A program made the translations under genes and the position numbers. 64,000 nt of DNA, taken from positions 4,526,001-4,590,000 of the forward strand of contig OZ316775.1 in the NCBI GenBank assembly GCA_973851085.1, given 5' to 3'. Position 1 is the stretch's first letter. Every line of letters begins with the position of its first letter. Of the stretch, positions 11,106 through 25,100 are shown piece by piece. The notes beneath the pieces were generated by a model. It was not told the origin of the DNA, did not search any database, and saw nothing but the letters and a program-made list of their open reading frames with translations. The stretch comes from Ptychomitrium polyphyllum. Lineage: Eukaryota.

Positions 11106-13175
11106 TCACTTCCGCCGCTTCACGAGTCGGTAATGCAACGCCACGAAGCTCAAAACGCGGTACACAATAGCGAACGCCGCCATTATTCCAACGTCCACCC
11201 ACTTGTTTTCACGGTCCAGAAACATATTCTCCAGCACGTTCTCCCCGGTGACAAAACAGTTGCCACCATATACTGGACCGAAACACCGATCCGCAACATG
11301 CGAGTATTCGTTGATCAGCAGCGCATCGAGTGGATACTTGAATAGGGATAAGTAATGCATCCACAACCACCCTTTGGGCATGTAATCCTTGGCGATGAAG
11401 TACCCGGAGAACAAAAAAAACGCCCCCATCAACCCCGTCACCACCGTGTTGCCCATGATAAAATCCGACACAAGTGCACTACAGAAGCTCACGAACGAAT
11501 TCGCGGTCACGAGCACTAGCCAGATCACCAGCAGGAAGAACAGGAAAGCTCCGAACTGTGGAGCCAAGCCAACCATGTAGTAGACAGGACCTGCATAGAG
11601 AAGCGCCACAAAGAAGAGAAATGGGAGGAAGACGAAAGTTGAGCTGAGCACGTAGCTAGAGACGCGATACGCACCACGGGAAGTCTCTCGAGTTAAGATG
11701 TTGCGTTCTTCGAGAAAGATGGGAAGCACTTCGATAGAGGAAGTTAGGAGGAAAGTTAAGGTGAATGCGAGAAATCCCACTCGTTTTTGCATTCCTGGTG
11801 TTCCGTAGCCCATGTGGAGGTAGATGGTGCCGAGACCCGTGCCGCAAACGACGGCTTGAAGCGTCCTCGCCATGAGGAGCTGGCGAGTGCGGATGATGTT
11901 TTTGAGGAAGCGGTGGGAGAGGATGGTAATCTCCTTGATCCTCGAATTCGCAAATGATACGACGTCGGGGGTGTCATGATCTCCGTCGAGGGAAGGGGAT
12001 GCGTCGGAGCTCGTGGTGTCGTAGTTCAGGGGCGTGGGCGGAGCGCGAGTCGGGTCTAGTTCGAAGAGGGCTTGTAGGGAGAGGACAGGGAGGTCGGTCT
12101 TGCCCCGGACTGAGAAGATCGAGCTTCGTTCTGCTGTGTCAAGTGTGTCGATGCTATCGATGGCATACTCCAGAACATTCACTTGGGCTGGGATGTGATG
12201 CCCCGCGGCTGCGAGACGGGAGGAGAGGAGGTCGAGCGGTCCGTGATGGACAACTGAGCCTTGTGCGAGGATGAGCACCGCGTGAAATTGCTGTAGGATT
12301 CGGTACCCTGGTTGATGGATGCTGAGGATAATCGTCCGATTCCGCAACACCGCCATGGAGCGCAGCATGGAGCAGACGTGAAGCGCAGCGGCCGAGTCGA
12401 GACCCGAGGTTGGTTCGTCGAGAATCAGCACGGCAGGGTCGTGGATCACATCCACGCCGATCGACACGCGCCGTCGCTCCCCACCCGACACTCCACGAAT
12501 GCTCTCGTTACCGATTCTCGACGCCGCGACATGGGTTAGCCCGAGTTCCGCCATAAGAGCCTCCACTCGCGCCATCTTCTCCGCAATGGGAACTACACTT
12601 GGCAACCGCAACCTCGCAGAATACAGCAAAGTCTCCCGCACCGTCAGCATCGGGAAGAGCGCATCGTCTTGCATCACGTACCCACTTATCCTTCGAAAAT
12701 GCTGCCTATCCATAGGTTGCCCGTTCACGAGAATGCTCGTCGACGGCGAGCTCGGTCTAATCTTGCCTGCGAGCACCTCCAGCAAGGTCGACTTTCCAGC
12801 CCCACTGGGCCCCGCGACTGCCATGACCTCGCCCGGGCGCGCGTCGAACGTGATGTGTTTAAGGATGTACTTGGCAGGCTTTGCGTTGAAGGGCGCGCTG
12901 ATGGAGTCAGCTTTCGTGGAGCTTCCGTTGGCACCCGCTTTCTTCTTGTTGACGATTTTGTAGGCGAGGTCGTTGAGCTCGAGCGTGTAGGTCTTGTTAC
13001 GCGAGGGGGAAGGAGACGGCGACGGCGGGATGGAAGCCACTTGGGAGGCTTTAATGTAAGGCTTATCGCCGCAGCGGGAGCTCTTCAGCCCTGTGCATGT
13101 GCCGGTGCAGCAGCACACGACGTGATTGTTGCGCGCACCTGGCCCACCTTCTCTCCGTCTCTCAAATTCTGCCAT
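11106..13175 (-). CDS. ABCG: ABC transporter G family half-transporter (WBC type), intronless, 689 aa
   Basis: Walker A GPSGAGKST, Q-loop GYVMQDD, signature VSGGERRRVSIG, Walker B ILDEPTSGLD and H-loop SIHQP, followed by a C-terminal ABC2 membrane domain (NBD-TMD order). Confidence 0.97.
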   Translation of the reverse strand: MAEFERRREGGPGARNNHVVCCCTGTCTGLKSSRCGDKPYIKASQVASIPPSPSPSPSRNKTYTLELNDLAYKIVNKKKAGANGSSTKADSISAPFNAKPAKYILKHITFDARPGEVMAVAGPSGAGKSTLLEVLAGKIRPSSPSTSILVNGQPMDRQHFRRISGYVMQDDALFPMLTVRETLLYSARLRLPSVVPIAEKMARVEALMAELGLTHVAASRIGNESIRGVSGGERRRVSIGVDVIHDPAVLILDEPTSGLDSAAALHVCSMLRSMAVLRNRTIILSIHQPGYRILQQFHAVLILAQGSVVHHGPLDLLSSRLAAAGHHIPAQVNVLEYAIDSIDTLDTAERSSIFSVRGKTDLPVLSLQALFELDPTRAPPTPLNYDTTSSDASPSLDGDHDTPDVVSFANSRIKEITILSHRFLKNIIRTRQLLMARTLQAVVCGTGLGTIYLHMGYGTPGMQKRVGFLAFTLTFLLTSSIEVLPIFLEERNILTRETSRGAYRVSSYVLSSTFVFLPFLFFVALLYAGPVYYMVGLAPQFGAFLFFLLVIWLVLVTANSFVSFCSALVSDFIMGNTVVTGLMGAFFLFSGYFIAKDYMPKGWLWMHYLSLFKYPLDALLINEYSHVADRCFGPVYGGNCFVTGENVLENMFLDRENKWVDVGIMAAFAIVYRVLSFVALHYRLVKRRK

Positions 13176-16100
13176 TGTGGGTCAAAATGTTGATGGCAGG
13201 CGCTTAATCAACCAGTGACTCCTTGTTCCCTAAAATCTTTCAAAGCTCACGAGGTACAGATGAGTTTCAAAACAATACCAAGCTCCGAGGTGATATAGAG
13301 ACTGTCTTTGACATCTGACTACCCTCTGATTTCTGTAAGGTGAGAAAAACCTGCAGTGGTCGATTCTAATCCCATTGCTTCAGATGTGGACACTATAACG
13401 AACTTGTCGACGGTAGACTCAAACTTTCTATTGTCTTGATCCGCATTTCGGCTTCCTAAAGCTGTTTCGTCACCCACGCAAGCATGCGACCGTAACTGGT
13501 TCAGCTGCGAGGTTTATCTCTACTATGTTTTCCGAGATCCATCGAAGAAGCTTTGTGGCAATGCCGGTCTGAAAGGGTAATGTGCAGTATTGCAGAGCTG
13601 CGCATTGAGATAAAATATGAGTAAGAAAATGACTATGGAGTAGATACAGTGCATCACAAGAGAAATCCAACTTCCCGTAACCGCAGCAGATAGACTGCAA
13701 GAAAGAAAACAATGTCGAGGGTAGCATGACAAAAGTAGTAACTTGGCTGCTAATACCATACAAGAGAAGTGCTACAATGCTTGTGTCATCTCGCAACAAC
13801 TCTACGGAATAACTGGAGGCGCCAGGCAATACCTGATTAGGTGCTACGCAGTGAGAACATGAATAACAGCCATAAGAGCAATGTATAACCATGGTTCCAA
13901 ACTCTGCAAGATAAACGACGTACCAGCTCAATGCCAAGATCAGCTGCAGTAGCGTACTTCAAAGAGCAGTACGTACAATGCAGTAGCGGAAAGGAATGGC
14001 GAAACTGCGCTGTGGCAAGTCGACATGTCTACTACTCACATAAAACCAGACTCGTTTCCACTCTAACTGGAACATATTCCATTCACAAAAACGAGCCGCC
14101 ACAATTGTATACACCGACTCTTCACCCAACACACGTATCCTGCGCTCATAGAAGGCACTCCACCGGCCACATCAATACATGCAGCGCCAATGCAAGGAGA
14201 AAGTCTAAGCTTAGGAACTGCACAACCACGTCTCTTCGTCCGCCTCCCCCTTCCCCAGCGACATAGTTGCTGCAAACATATGACCTTGACTACAAGTCAC
14301 ACCGCCATGAGCTGCGCCTTCCGAGCTAACTTCAGTAGTGAAGCTGCGCTGCGACGCAATGCACCTCCCCCCAAGTTGTAGCCAGCTCTGCACTACGCGC
14401 ATTGGCATTGACACCCCATCCAGGCTGTGGAAAGTCTACGTTTCTAGTCCACCGGTAGTCAGAAGAGTGTCTGCGGGTAGTGATGCAACCCGTGATGCAG
14501 CAGTGGCATTTGCGAGTGGAGATGAACTAACACCACCACCCAGTATTTTTCGTGTCCGCTTCTTCAAACTCTATTAGCTTGATGACCTTAAGTGACTGGT
14601 TTGCCTTTAGTTAAGCCCACAGCATTAGCTGATTCAGAGCAAAGCAGCGTGAGAGGGAGGGCATTGAAGGAGTCGCCCCCCACGAAGCTCCTCATTAAGA
14701 CGGGCCAGTAAAGTATCTGGGAAGGTGGGTGGCAAGGTCATACAGGTCGGTTTGGTGGAGCGAACGCGGGATTTGGATTTTCTTTTTTATTTTCTTATTT
14801 TCTTGGAGTATGAAAGCAAGTTCATTGCAGAGAAAAACAGGTACAACTGCACAAAAGCAGAGTAGACTCGGACCTTAAGAATCATATCTCTCAACCTATA
14901 AAACCTGAATGCTGGAGTTGGCATGGCCGCTCAGCTTGCAATTTCCTCCCTTCCACTCTGTCTGACAATGGCCGGAGCAATTATAACAGTAAGCATTCAA
15001 GTCCCCACGCCTCAGAGCCCCACCTGATCTCTCTGATTTAATTTCTGAACTATACGTACGCATGAATTACACCAACTTAATACGTTACCTTATCACAGAG
15101 CCCTTTCATTGCTTGTGACGACAATCGATTGAACCATGCTCAGGATGGAGGATGGAGTCTGAAGTTGAGTACTTAAAAGCTCCAGTGTAAATCCAGCTCC
15201 ACAGGGTGGTTGCTAAGCCCGTCCCCCATTTGTAGGCCAATACACTAAGTATTCACTCTCAGAGTACGACGGTACAACCTCAACCATGCTCAAGCAGTAA
15301 CCACTCCTGCACTTCATTTCCGTATCGTGTACGTATGCCTGCTTGTAAAGTATGTATTTTAGAATTTTGTTGTGTAGGTTGTAGTTGTAACTTGAGAGGT
15401 TGGTATCATTTAGAGGTCGTGTTTATGAGGCGTATGATTTGCATCTAAAGTAAATATTAGCTTGAGAAGCAGGCTTTAGAGAAATTTCAGCTTCACAATC
15501 TCCTTCAAAGATCTAGACGTCCTGGTATTGGTGATGTCACTTGATCACTGTGACTGGCGCTGCAGTGTGTGGTATCAGTATTAATGTGATTTTTCAGAAT
15601 TCTATGAAGAACTTGATTTTCTTTCAAATGTTTACAATATTTTTGCTGATTGAAATGTTTTAATGCGAATTTATTGTGTGAAATACTTTTTATATTTTAA
15701 AATATTGAATTGTGGTAAGAATGAAGGTACCTAAATGCACTGCTGTTATGTGGAATTTGATACATGACTTTTACCTCAAAACTTGAACAATGAAAGTCAA
15801 TCTCAAAATGTCGAATGCTTGTGCAGTCTGACCTCTGATAGGTGATACATGTTGTAGGAATCCATGGGGTTCCAAACTAATTTTCTCAAGAACCAAATTG
15901 TTTGTAACAATATGTAGAAGGTTCAGATCAACAGGATGACGTGATGAAGCTAAACTTGTGTACAGAAACTTTGTCTGGGTGCCTTTTGCATACAGATGAA
16001 ATTTTCAATGGAAAAAATATTTTGTGCAGAAACAACATGGCACCTACTCATTTTAATGCCAGCACACAGGTGACATTACGTAAGCAAATCATTAAAAATA

Positions 16101-19100
16101 AGAGTGGTCGAAACAAACAAGTTTAAATAATATTGGTATTTTGGCTCTGTCACAGTTGAGGCTGAGGTGATAGAACAGCCATGGAACTCACTATCTCTTA
16201 CTATCTGACTGAGACTGCCAATTGATGATATAGTTGAAGCTTGTGATGACCATACAACTGTAGTGGATGTCTGACCATTTGAAGCTGGAAATTAAAGCTA
16301 AAACGAAATATGAAAACTAAATTAAATAAAAACATTTCAAGGCTTCAGCTCAGGATCAGCCAATCAATGGTCATATTCACTATAATGGCAAATTCAAAAG
16401 TCTCAAAATGAACTTTAGAATCACTTAGATTTAATAGAGTTAAATTTTTGAAAGATGATTGTCATGCATTTGAGTTTATATAGCAAGTTTCTTGCTATAT
16501 AAAGGAGCCACAATAGCCAAAAGTCACTAGATTTGCAAATAAGATATGCAATTCAACTTGAATTTCTTAATCTAAACAAGTTATTATTATAGTCCTAAAA
16601 TTGTTATTTTATCTCATTACAATGAATACAATGTTATTGCAATCTGTGTGCCTCTTATCATGCTCTGCATTACATGCACATTAATCCTTAAAAGGTCCAA
16701 ATTTTTATTCTAATTTAAAATCCTAAGTTTAGCCAAAATATTTTATATAATATGAGAATATCAAAGTTAAAAAGTAAAGTATTGAACTAAATCTTGTTTT
16801 ACAACATATTATATGAAGATATTAATAACCATCATATACATACAAAATAGCCATAAAAATGAGTTGAGGTAACTATGGATGAAAGATTAGTCATTGTAGT
16901 AATGGGGTTAAAATTGAGTGAAAATGGACTTATAAGTATTAACAATGGAAAAAAGTACATTTTATATTAGATCTTTGAAAAAAAAACTAGGTGGTGGACT
17001 TGGCTTTATTACAATGATGATTTTTAACAAAATTTGGGTGATTTGGCATGCGTTAATTAAAAAAAACTTAGAATTTTTTTAAGTCCAAAAACATCATTAT
17101 ATTTGAAGTGTTGTAGATGTAAATCAAAGTTATAATTAGACATGAGAAACCCAAACAAACAATCTTGTAGTAGAATAACTGTAGATGATGTGGATCAAAA
17201 TTGAAGTCATAAAACTTTATAGATTAGAATTGGATAAGTAATTAATATTAAGAGATGATTATAATATTTCATTAGTTTCATATGAAAAATATACACATTG
17301 CTATTAAAATAATGGATGTGTCCAAAAGTGGCATTGAATTGTCAAAAAAATCAATTCAATAAATAAAAAGTAATTTTTAAAATCAAATTTTTTATTGAAA
17401 TGATTTTATAAATGATTTTAATACCTTTGATAGATGCAAGATCTTTACCACAACAATTATTGTTGATTTAGAATTGAAAGCAATGATTTTTATAGAGGTA
17501 GAAATTTAACAACAGAGAAACAAATCTTCAATTTTGTGTAATTACAAAATTTGTAAATTTGCTTCCTTAGAAGTTAAGTGGTTGTTATTGTTTAATTTTT
17601 GAATGGGTAATAAAATAATTTATTGGTGGTTTTGGTCTTTTTTAAGAACATCTTTAGAAAAAACATAATCAATTCAAACTTTGTTGGAAAATTTAAATTG
17701 TACTTCTATTTGAATCTAAATTAAAGTTTTTTTATACAACATTACAAGAAATTATTTTCTATAACCTATAAATAAATATAAACTTTGAAATGGTAGATTT
17801 ATACTAGTATAAAAAATGAAGTAATATTATGTTAAATATTATGTCATATAAGTTTAGGGTTTAATTATCTCGTATCAGTTATTAAATATCCTGTAATAAT
17901 TATAAATCTAACAATTTAAGGAACAATTCAATGTTAGGATAACACTTCAATTCTAGGATGATGTTGAAGGTATCCTAAAATGAATTATATTGAAAATGAG
18001 GAGTGTAAAATGAAGTGTAGCTTTGGTGAAGGAAAAAACAAAAGAAATCTGTTAGTGAAAGAAAACAAATAAAAACTTAGAATTAAGTGGAGGTTCAAAG
18101 GTTCTCATTCATGTTCAGGCAGCCATGTGATATATTTGTGATATTTTTGGTCGGAGAGGATGTCGGGTGCAGGCTGTGCAGCAAGGCAGGCCCACTGCTC
18201 ACCCTCAAGTGCATCTCTTAAATGGCCCTGGTCATCAGAGTTCTGACATCAGGGTTGTTTTTCATTCTCAAAGCTGGAGAGGATTCCGTCTCCAATGCCT
18301 CTGAAATCTATTTATGGCATACATAAGTTACAGTTCATTAGTTACAGTGATAGGAGGCTCTTGGTTTCAGTCAATGCTACCAACTGTGTGAGATGGAGCA
18401 AATGTGCCACCCCGAGTATCGCATTATTGTTATAATATTGTGAATCTGTGATACTGGGGCTGGGGAGCACTTCTTTAGCAATCGAAGACAGTTGTGCACA
18501 TGTGCTCTTGAATAAGCTGTTGAAACTTCAGCTTGGATAGCCATGGGCCCCCTCAGGCCTCAACTAACTTTCGTAGAAAATCGTTACACTGACAAGTCTA
18601 CACATGACAGCTCCTCAAGCAGGGCAGAAGCACTGCGAACTATAACGAGAAGTTAGTTTGTCAAAAGCATCTGAAATGTAAGAAGACTGTTGCCAGACTT
18701 CAGCTTCGTGAAGGTCCTAGTTATCCTTTCCTCCGTGCGATGACACGATCCATTCTTTACACACAATAATCTTCTGTGCGCCCGAACTCAATGAATTCTC
18801 TTGAAATTGCTAGTTTTGTAATCATGTGATAAGAGCTGCACCAGCGATGCCAATGATAAAATTATGCAGTGTTTCGCAAACCAACAAGCTCGACTAGTAG
18901 GTTGTCAGCATCAGCACGAGGCCGGAGTCCATCCCAATGACGGAGATGAAGAGTTGATGACAAGAAGGGCTCGTGTGTAAGGCATGGTGTTCATCATTTG
19001 TTTATAAACAAGAAACCCATATACACTTGTCAACTGAATGTCCATCAACTGAAATGCTCCAGGACTGGCTTGCTCTTAGGGGATGGCAAAACTCCAATGC

Positions 19101-19575
19101 CGTAGAACTCTGGATCGCTTTGAGAACGTACTTCGTGAATCAAGAATGTATTGAATCAAAGCCAGCAATAGAAGGTAGTCTGTGTACAATGTGCTAAGCT
19201 CAGTCATTATCATCTAGTCAGTCATCATTTTCAAAATGTGTTGTTTAGTGTATCCTAATATTCAATCGGGACCCATCTTTCTCCGACAGAAATTGAGAAA
19301 CATGTGGTAGTTGTGATCTAAGTACCAATATATGAACGGCAGATTATGAGGATAGTTGGTCCTTTCCACTTGGCAAATTTTTTCTCGACTTGCTGCTTTG
19401 AGAAGAGATTCCAGGAACTTAAAAGTACTAATATGTGGCATCATCCACTACACAAACTAAATTACTAATATTAAGACATACATGAGATTAAGGAGGATAA
19501 GTTGATGGTGAATAAGACATTTTACTAGGTATATCTTATAAATTGAAATGGGTATGTGAACTCAGATCATGGTAC

Positions 19576-21151
<1,576 letters not shown>

Positions 21152-21279
21152 GGTGGCTTGCGGGGGACGGCAAAACCCAGAAGGCGATGGCGGTGCGCCT
21201 GGAGGTGGGGCGTCGAAGGCAGAGAAAGAACGCTGTCGTCGCCCTCCACCCTCTTTAGAGCTCCGTGCTCTTCACTCAT

Positions 21280-21330
21280 GTTCCCCTAGTTCCCCTCGTT
21301 CTCCTCGTTCCCCTCGTTCTCCTCGTTCCC
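21280..21330. repeat. 9-bp tandem repeat (GTTC(C/T)CCTC), about 5 copies, upstream of RPS23
   Basis: gttcccctagttcccctcgttctcctcgttcccctcgttctcctcgttccc is directly visible. Confidence 0.8.
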
Positions 21331-24300
21331 ATCCCCCCTTCGCCCTTTTAGGAACGTGTATCCTCCACAAGTATCACTAAAATTTGGGCTAAACTAAACT
21401 TTGACCTTAGCCAATTACGTTAGGCGCAGGAGAGAGTCTGCTTAGATCTCGGATTTTGTGGTACATCTCGTTTAATATACTGTCAATACAATCTTTGTTC
21501 TGTGGTGGACAAGTGGTTATTCGTTTTCATTTGTTGCTTCGTTCAAGAGTGTTCGGATTCGGAGGTTCGTGTATTTAGCTACCGGTGTGCCCTTGGACGA
21601 CTCAGCTCTTCCTGAGGTTCCTCGTCCATCCAACGTCAAAATGAGTCATCTTGCCGTTTGCTGAGACGTGGATTAGATTAGTTTGAATCTTTGATGGGGA
21701 TGCCGGGTACATGTCTGGCAAACAACGACGAAGATTCTATATCCAAAACATAGTCATCCTGCCAGGACCTCACCTTAGCACGGTCATGCAGTGCCTATGG
21801 CGTGTTGTTAACATGAATGAAGCGCAGGAGAAACAATGTAGAAAAGTTTGTAGATGGATCTGGGAGGAACGATTAACGGAGCATCCTTAGCACGCACAAC
21901 CTGTTGGATCTCAGCTACCCCTTAGATTGTAATCACGACAACATGGGAGTGTTTGCAATCTACGACCTGTTACTTGCTTTGCCCAGGAACGTACAGTCGT
22001 TGCAGTGAATGTGTTGCAAACACCACCAAAGGATTTCTGGAAAGAGGCACCACGTTATTCAAGAAGGAAGCTCTGATTCAGTTGTAAGATAGTTTACTTG
22101 AACTAGTAGGTAGCCTTGATCTTGAAGTCCAAGATCGTCCTCATTTGTGGCTCTAAAAGGTAAGAAAAGTCATGATTGTAAATTGAATTAGACTGAGGAG
22201 GAAAATGGATGTAGGTCAAGACGAGATCATGTCCAGAACATAGCTGCCAGAGGTTCCTACGAGTGACAATGAGCAGAGTGCTACAAATGATAGGCAGTCC
22301 CTACGTGATGGGCGACGTCAAATCATGTTTATTCTCTTTATGAGAGATGGCTGGTTTTCTGCTTGAAGTGTTAGGAGCGGTGAGACCGACCGTGGAAGGT
22401 TCTGGAGCCGTAACAAAAGAAGCTACAACCTTCATATTAGTCTCATCCCACTGTAGTGGAGGCAAAGTGCAAGACGTGAGGGCAACAGAGCGAAGACTTT
22501 CCCGCTGCCACATTGGTGGCCAATGTTCAAACAGCTTCCCTTCTAGAAGAGGGGATAAGGTATAAAGCTTTACAAGAGAACTCGAATCTCGAAAATCTTG
22601 AGCAATCATATATCTAAAATTCTTTAATTACAGCAGAAATTTCTTGTCTTATGAGCAATAAGACAATGTGTAAAGCGGCCCTTAAGCATTGCATTTTGGA
22701 GCCTTCATTGATAGTGGACAGGTTGATCGGAAGATACTTTTGAAAAGGTCAGGGATTGATTGTTAGCCTTCAATAAACTCCTAGTAGATTTAGATCACAG
22801 ATGGATTACAAGAATTATTAGACTTAGAGTCACCAATTTGAAATATCTTATAATGCTACTAAATGTAAATTGTTAAACGAGCGTCACCAAAACTAAATGT
22901 CAACAATAAACACCAGTAAACACTAATTACAAGTTTGAATACAAGTTTTAGCGTAGTTAGTATAGTAATTCATAATGTACGTAGGAGGCATGAAGGTGGT
23001 CTGGTTGTCAGGCCTTGGGTTCGACCCAGTTATTGAATCTATTTAGTATCTGGCCTTGACGCTGTTGCTCTGTACCTTTTCCTGTCAATGAACTTTTCTG
23101 TTCATAGTGCCAAAAAACAAAAAACAAAAAACAAAAGTATCTTCCCTGCATCATAAAGATTCAGAATAACACGCCTGATTCTGCAGATTCATGCTTGTAT
23201 CTAACTATATAGTTGTAACACATGACATAGAATGTCATGATTCGATTATTTCTCTTAAACTGCGATATAACAGAGAGAGCAGCCTGACACTATCAAGAAT
23301 AGAATACCATTGAAGGCAACCTGACACTCTCATCAAGTTTCTCGTACACCTCTTTACTCTCTACGGGAGTTCCTGTCAATATCCCTTAGCTGCTTGACAT
23401 GCTCTTCCTCTCCCAGGCTCTGCGAGAGCGCGAGAGGGAGAGAGCCTCTCATGCTGCATAGACAGGACTCTGCCTCTCACTGCTGCAATACTCTTATGGA
23501 CTGCGGGTTGCATCCGTATCAGCTGCCACTCATTTACTATCACGTTGTATTCATTGAAGCCATTTCTCCACATCGAGGACAGGTGATGCATGCATTGTCA
23601 GCCAGATACAATTTCAGTTTTGCAAAGCTAGAGCACATGCAGCTGGAGCTTCGCTGCTCAGTACCACTGTTGTAACCGTGCGCAGGTGGGACGTGGGAAA
23701 AGCTTTCATCTTTTCAAGGCTGCAAGTGAATGTCTGAGCTGATTGTAAGTTTTTCATGTCTTTCACTTCCAAGTTTCATACACAGCTGCAAGGGAGGTTG
23801 ATGATAGAGGTGTTACTGTTGATCATTTGATATTTGAACTTCTTAAAAGTTCTTCCACTTATAAGTGGAGGGTGTGAGAGATTGTTGATTACAATGTGAA
23901 CTTGGTGAAGGAAACGACAAACTCGTTTCCGTTCAAGCTAATTGTACAGAGAATTTTGATGTTGGTTTCTACGGTGTGAAGAGAAGTACGATAGTTGAAA
24001 GACAATGATACATATGTGTGGCCATGTCCACTCATGAACTCAAATCTACGATAGGACCAAACAGGCGCTGTCTTAGTAGTGGCTCCGAGCTTGAAGGGAC
24101 TTAGTTTTGAACAGGTTGGAAATAGGAAAATGGAGGTTCTAGAATGAGTTGGTGAGTCGGGTTGAGGTTTAACGTCAAGCTTTCGAATGCATTTAGTTGC
24201 AACAAGCTGCTCGTAGGGGGAGCGGAATGTCAGATCGTTAGGAGGGTTAAAGACCAGCTGCTTCAAACTCGTTCAGGCGTCTTATTTAAGATTATTTAAT

Positions 24301-25100
24301 TGCATCCTTGGTACTTTATGCTTTTCAGGGTAATTCTCCTGACGAAATGTTCACGCATTACATGCTCTTCAAAATTTTGTGAAGCTTGAGGGTTTAACAG
24401 CAGGCTGTAAGGTTTACTCTAGAAATGAACAAGATGGAGGATTTCAGCAGTACTTTCGACATCTGAAAGTCTAGATTACTATGAAATCATGAATAAATGA
24501 TGCGGGAGTCGCTAAATAGAAGAACACCAACTTGAGATTGTTATTTTTTCAATGTGATCTTCATTTCTGATGATTATTGAGTTGTAGCTTTTCACGTTGG
24601 TTTGGCATGTTTTCATGTGTAGTGTTTCAAACTTCACTTCTTTTTTCTAAGGAGATATGTAGTTGATTTTTAAAGCAGAAGCCTGAGTGGCCATCTTTTA
24701 TGAGAATTTTGATGAATTCAAGGCTTAATGAACAAAAATTTGTAAATAATTTCTACACTGTGGCAGGTGAGAAGATGTGGCGACAGCAGTGATCAAACCA
24801 ACAATTATCAGATATAATAGTCTACATATTCTCTGTGAAGCTTAGGACAGCAACCATGGGAGTAAGTGGCGCCCATTAGTCTTATTGCAATTAATCTTGT
24901 GGTTTTATATCTAGATGTACTGGCTTCAGAGCAACTGAAATCATATTTTAAATTGGTTAATTTGATGTTATATCTTTCTATATCCTCTTCTTGAAAATTG
25001 GTATGGAAATGTACCATTTGACGAATTACATTTGTTGTTGTGATTGTGGAGATAAAGTTCTAATTCATTAAAACTGAAACTCTGTGTGTCTTATGTTGAG

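Noticed and set aside
11133..13193. Several ORFs overlapping the ABCG gene
   Set aside because: They are alternate-frame or antisense by-products of a GC-rich CDS.
16300..18100. AT-rich block with faint PIF/Harbinger transposase-like fragments
   Set aside because: Only a few degenerate residues match, and no TIR or TSD was found. It needs BLASTx or RepeatMasker.
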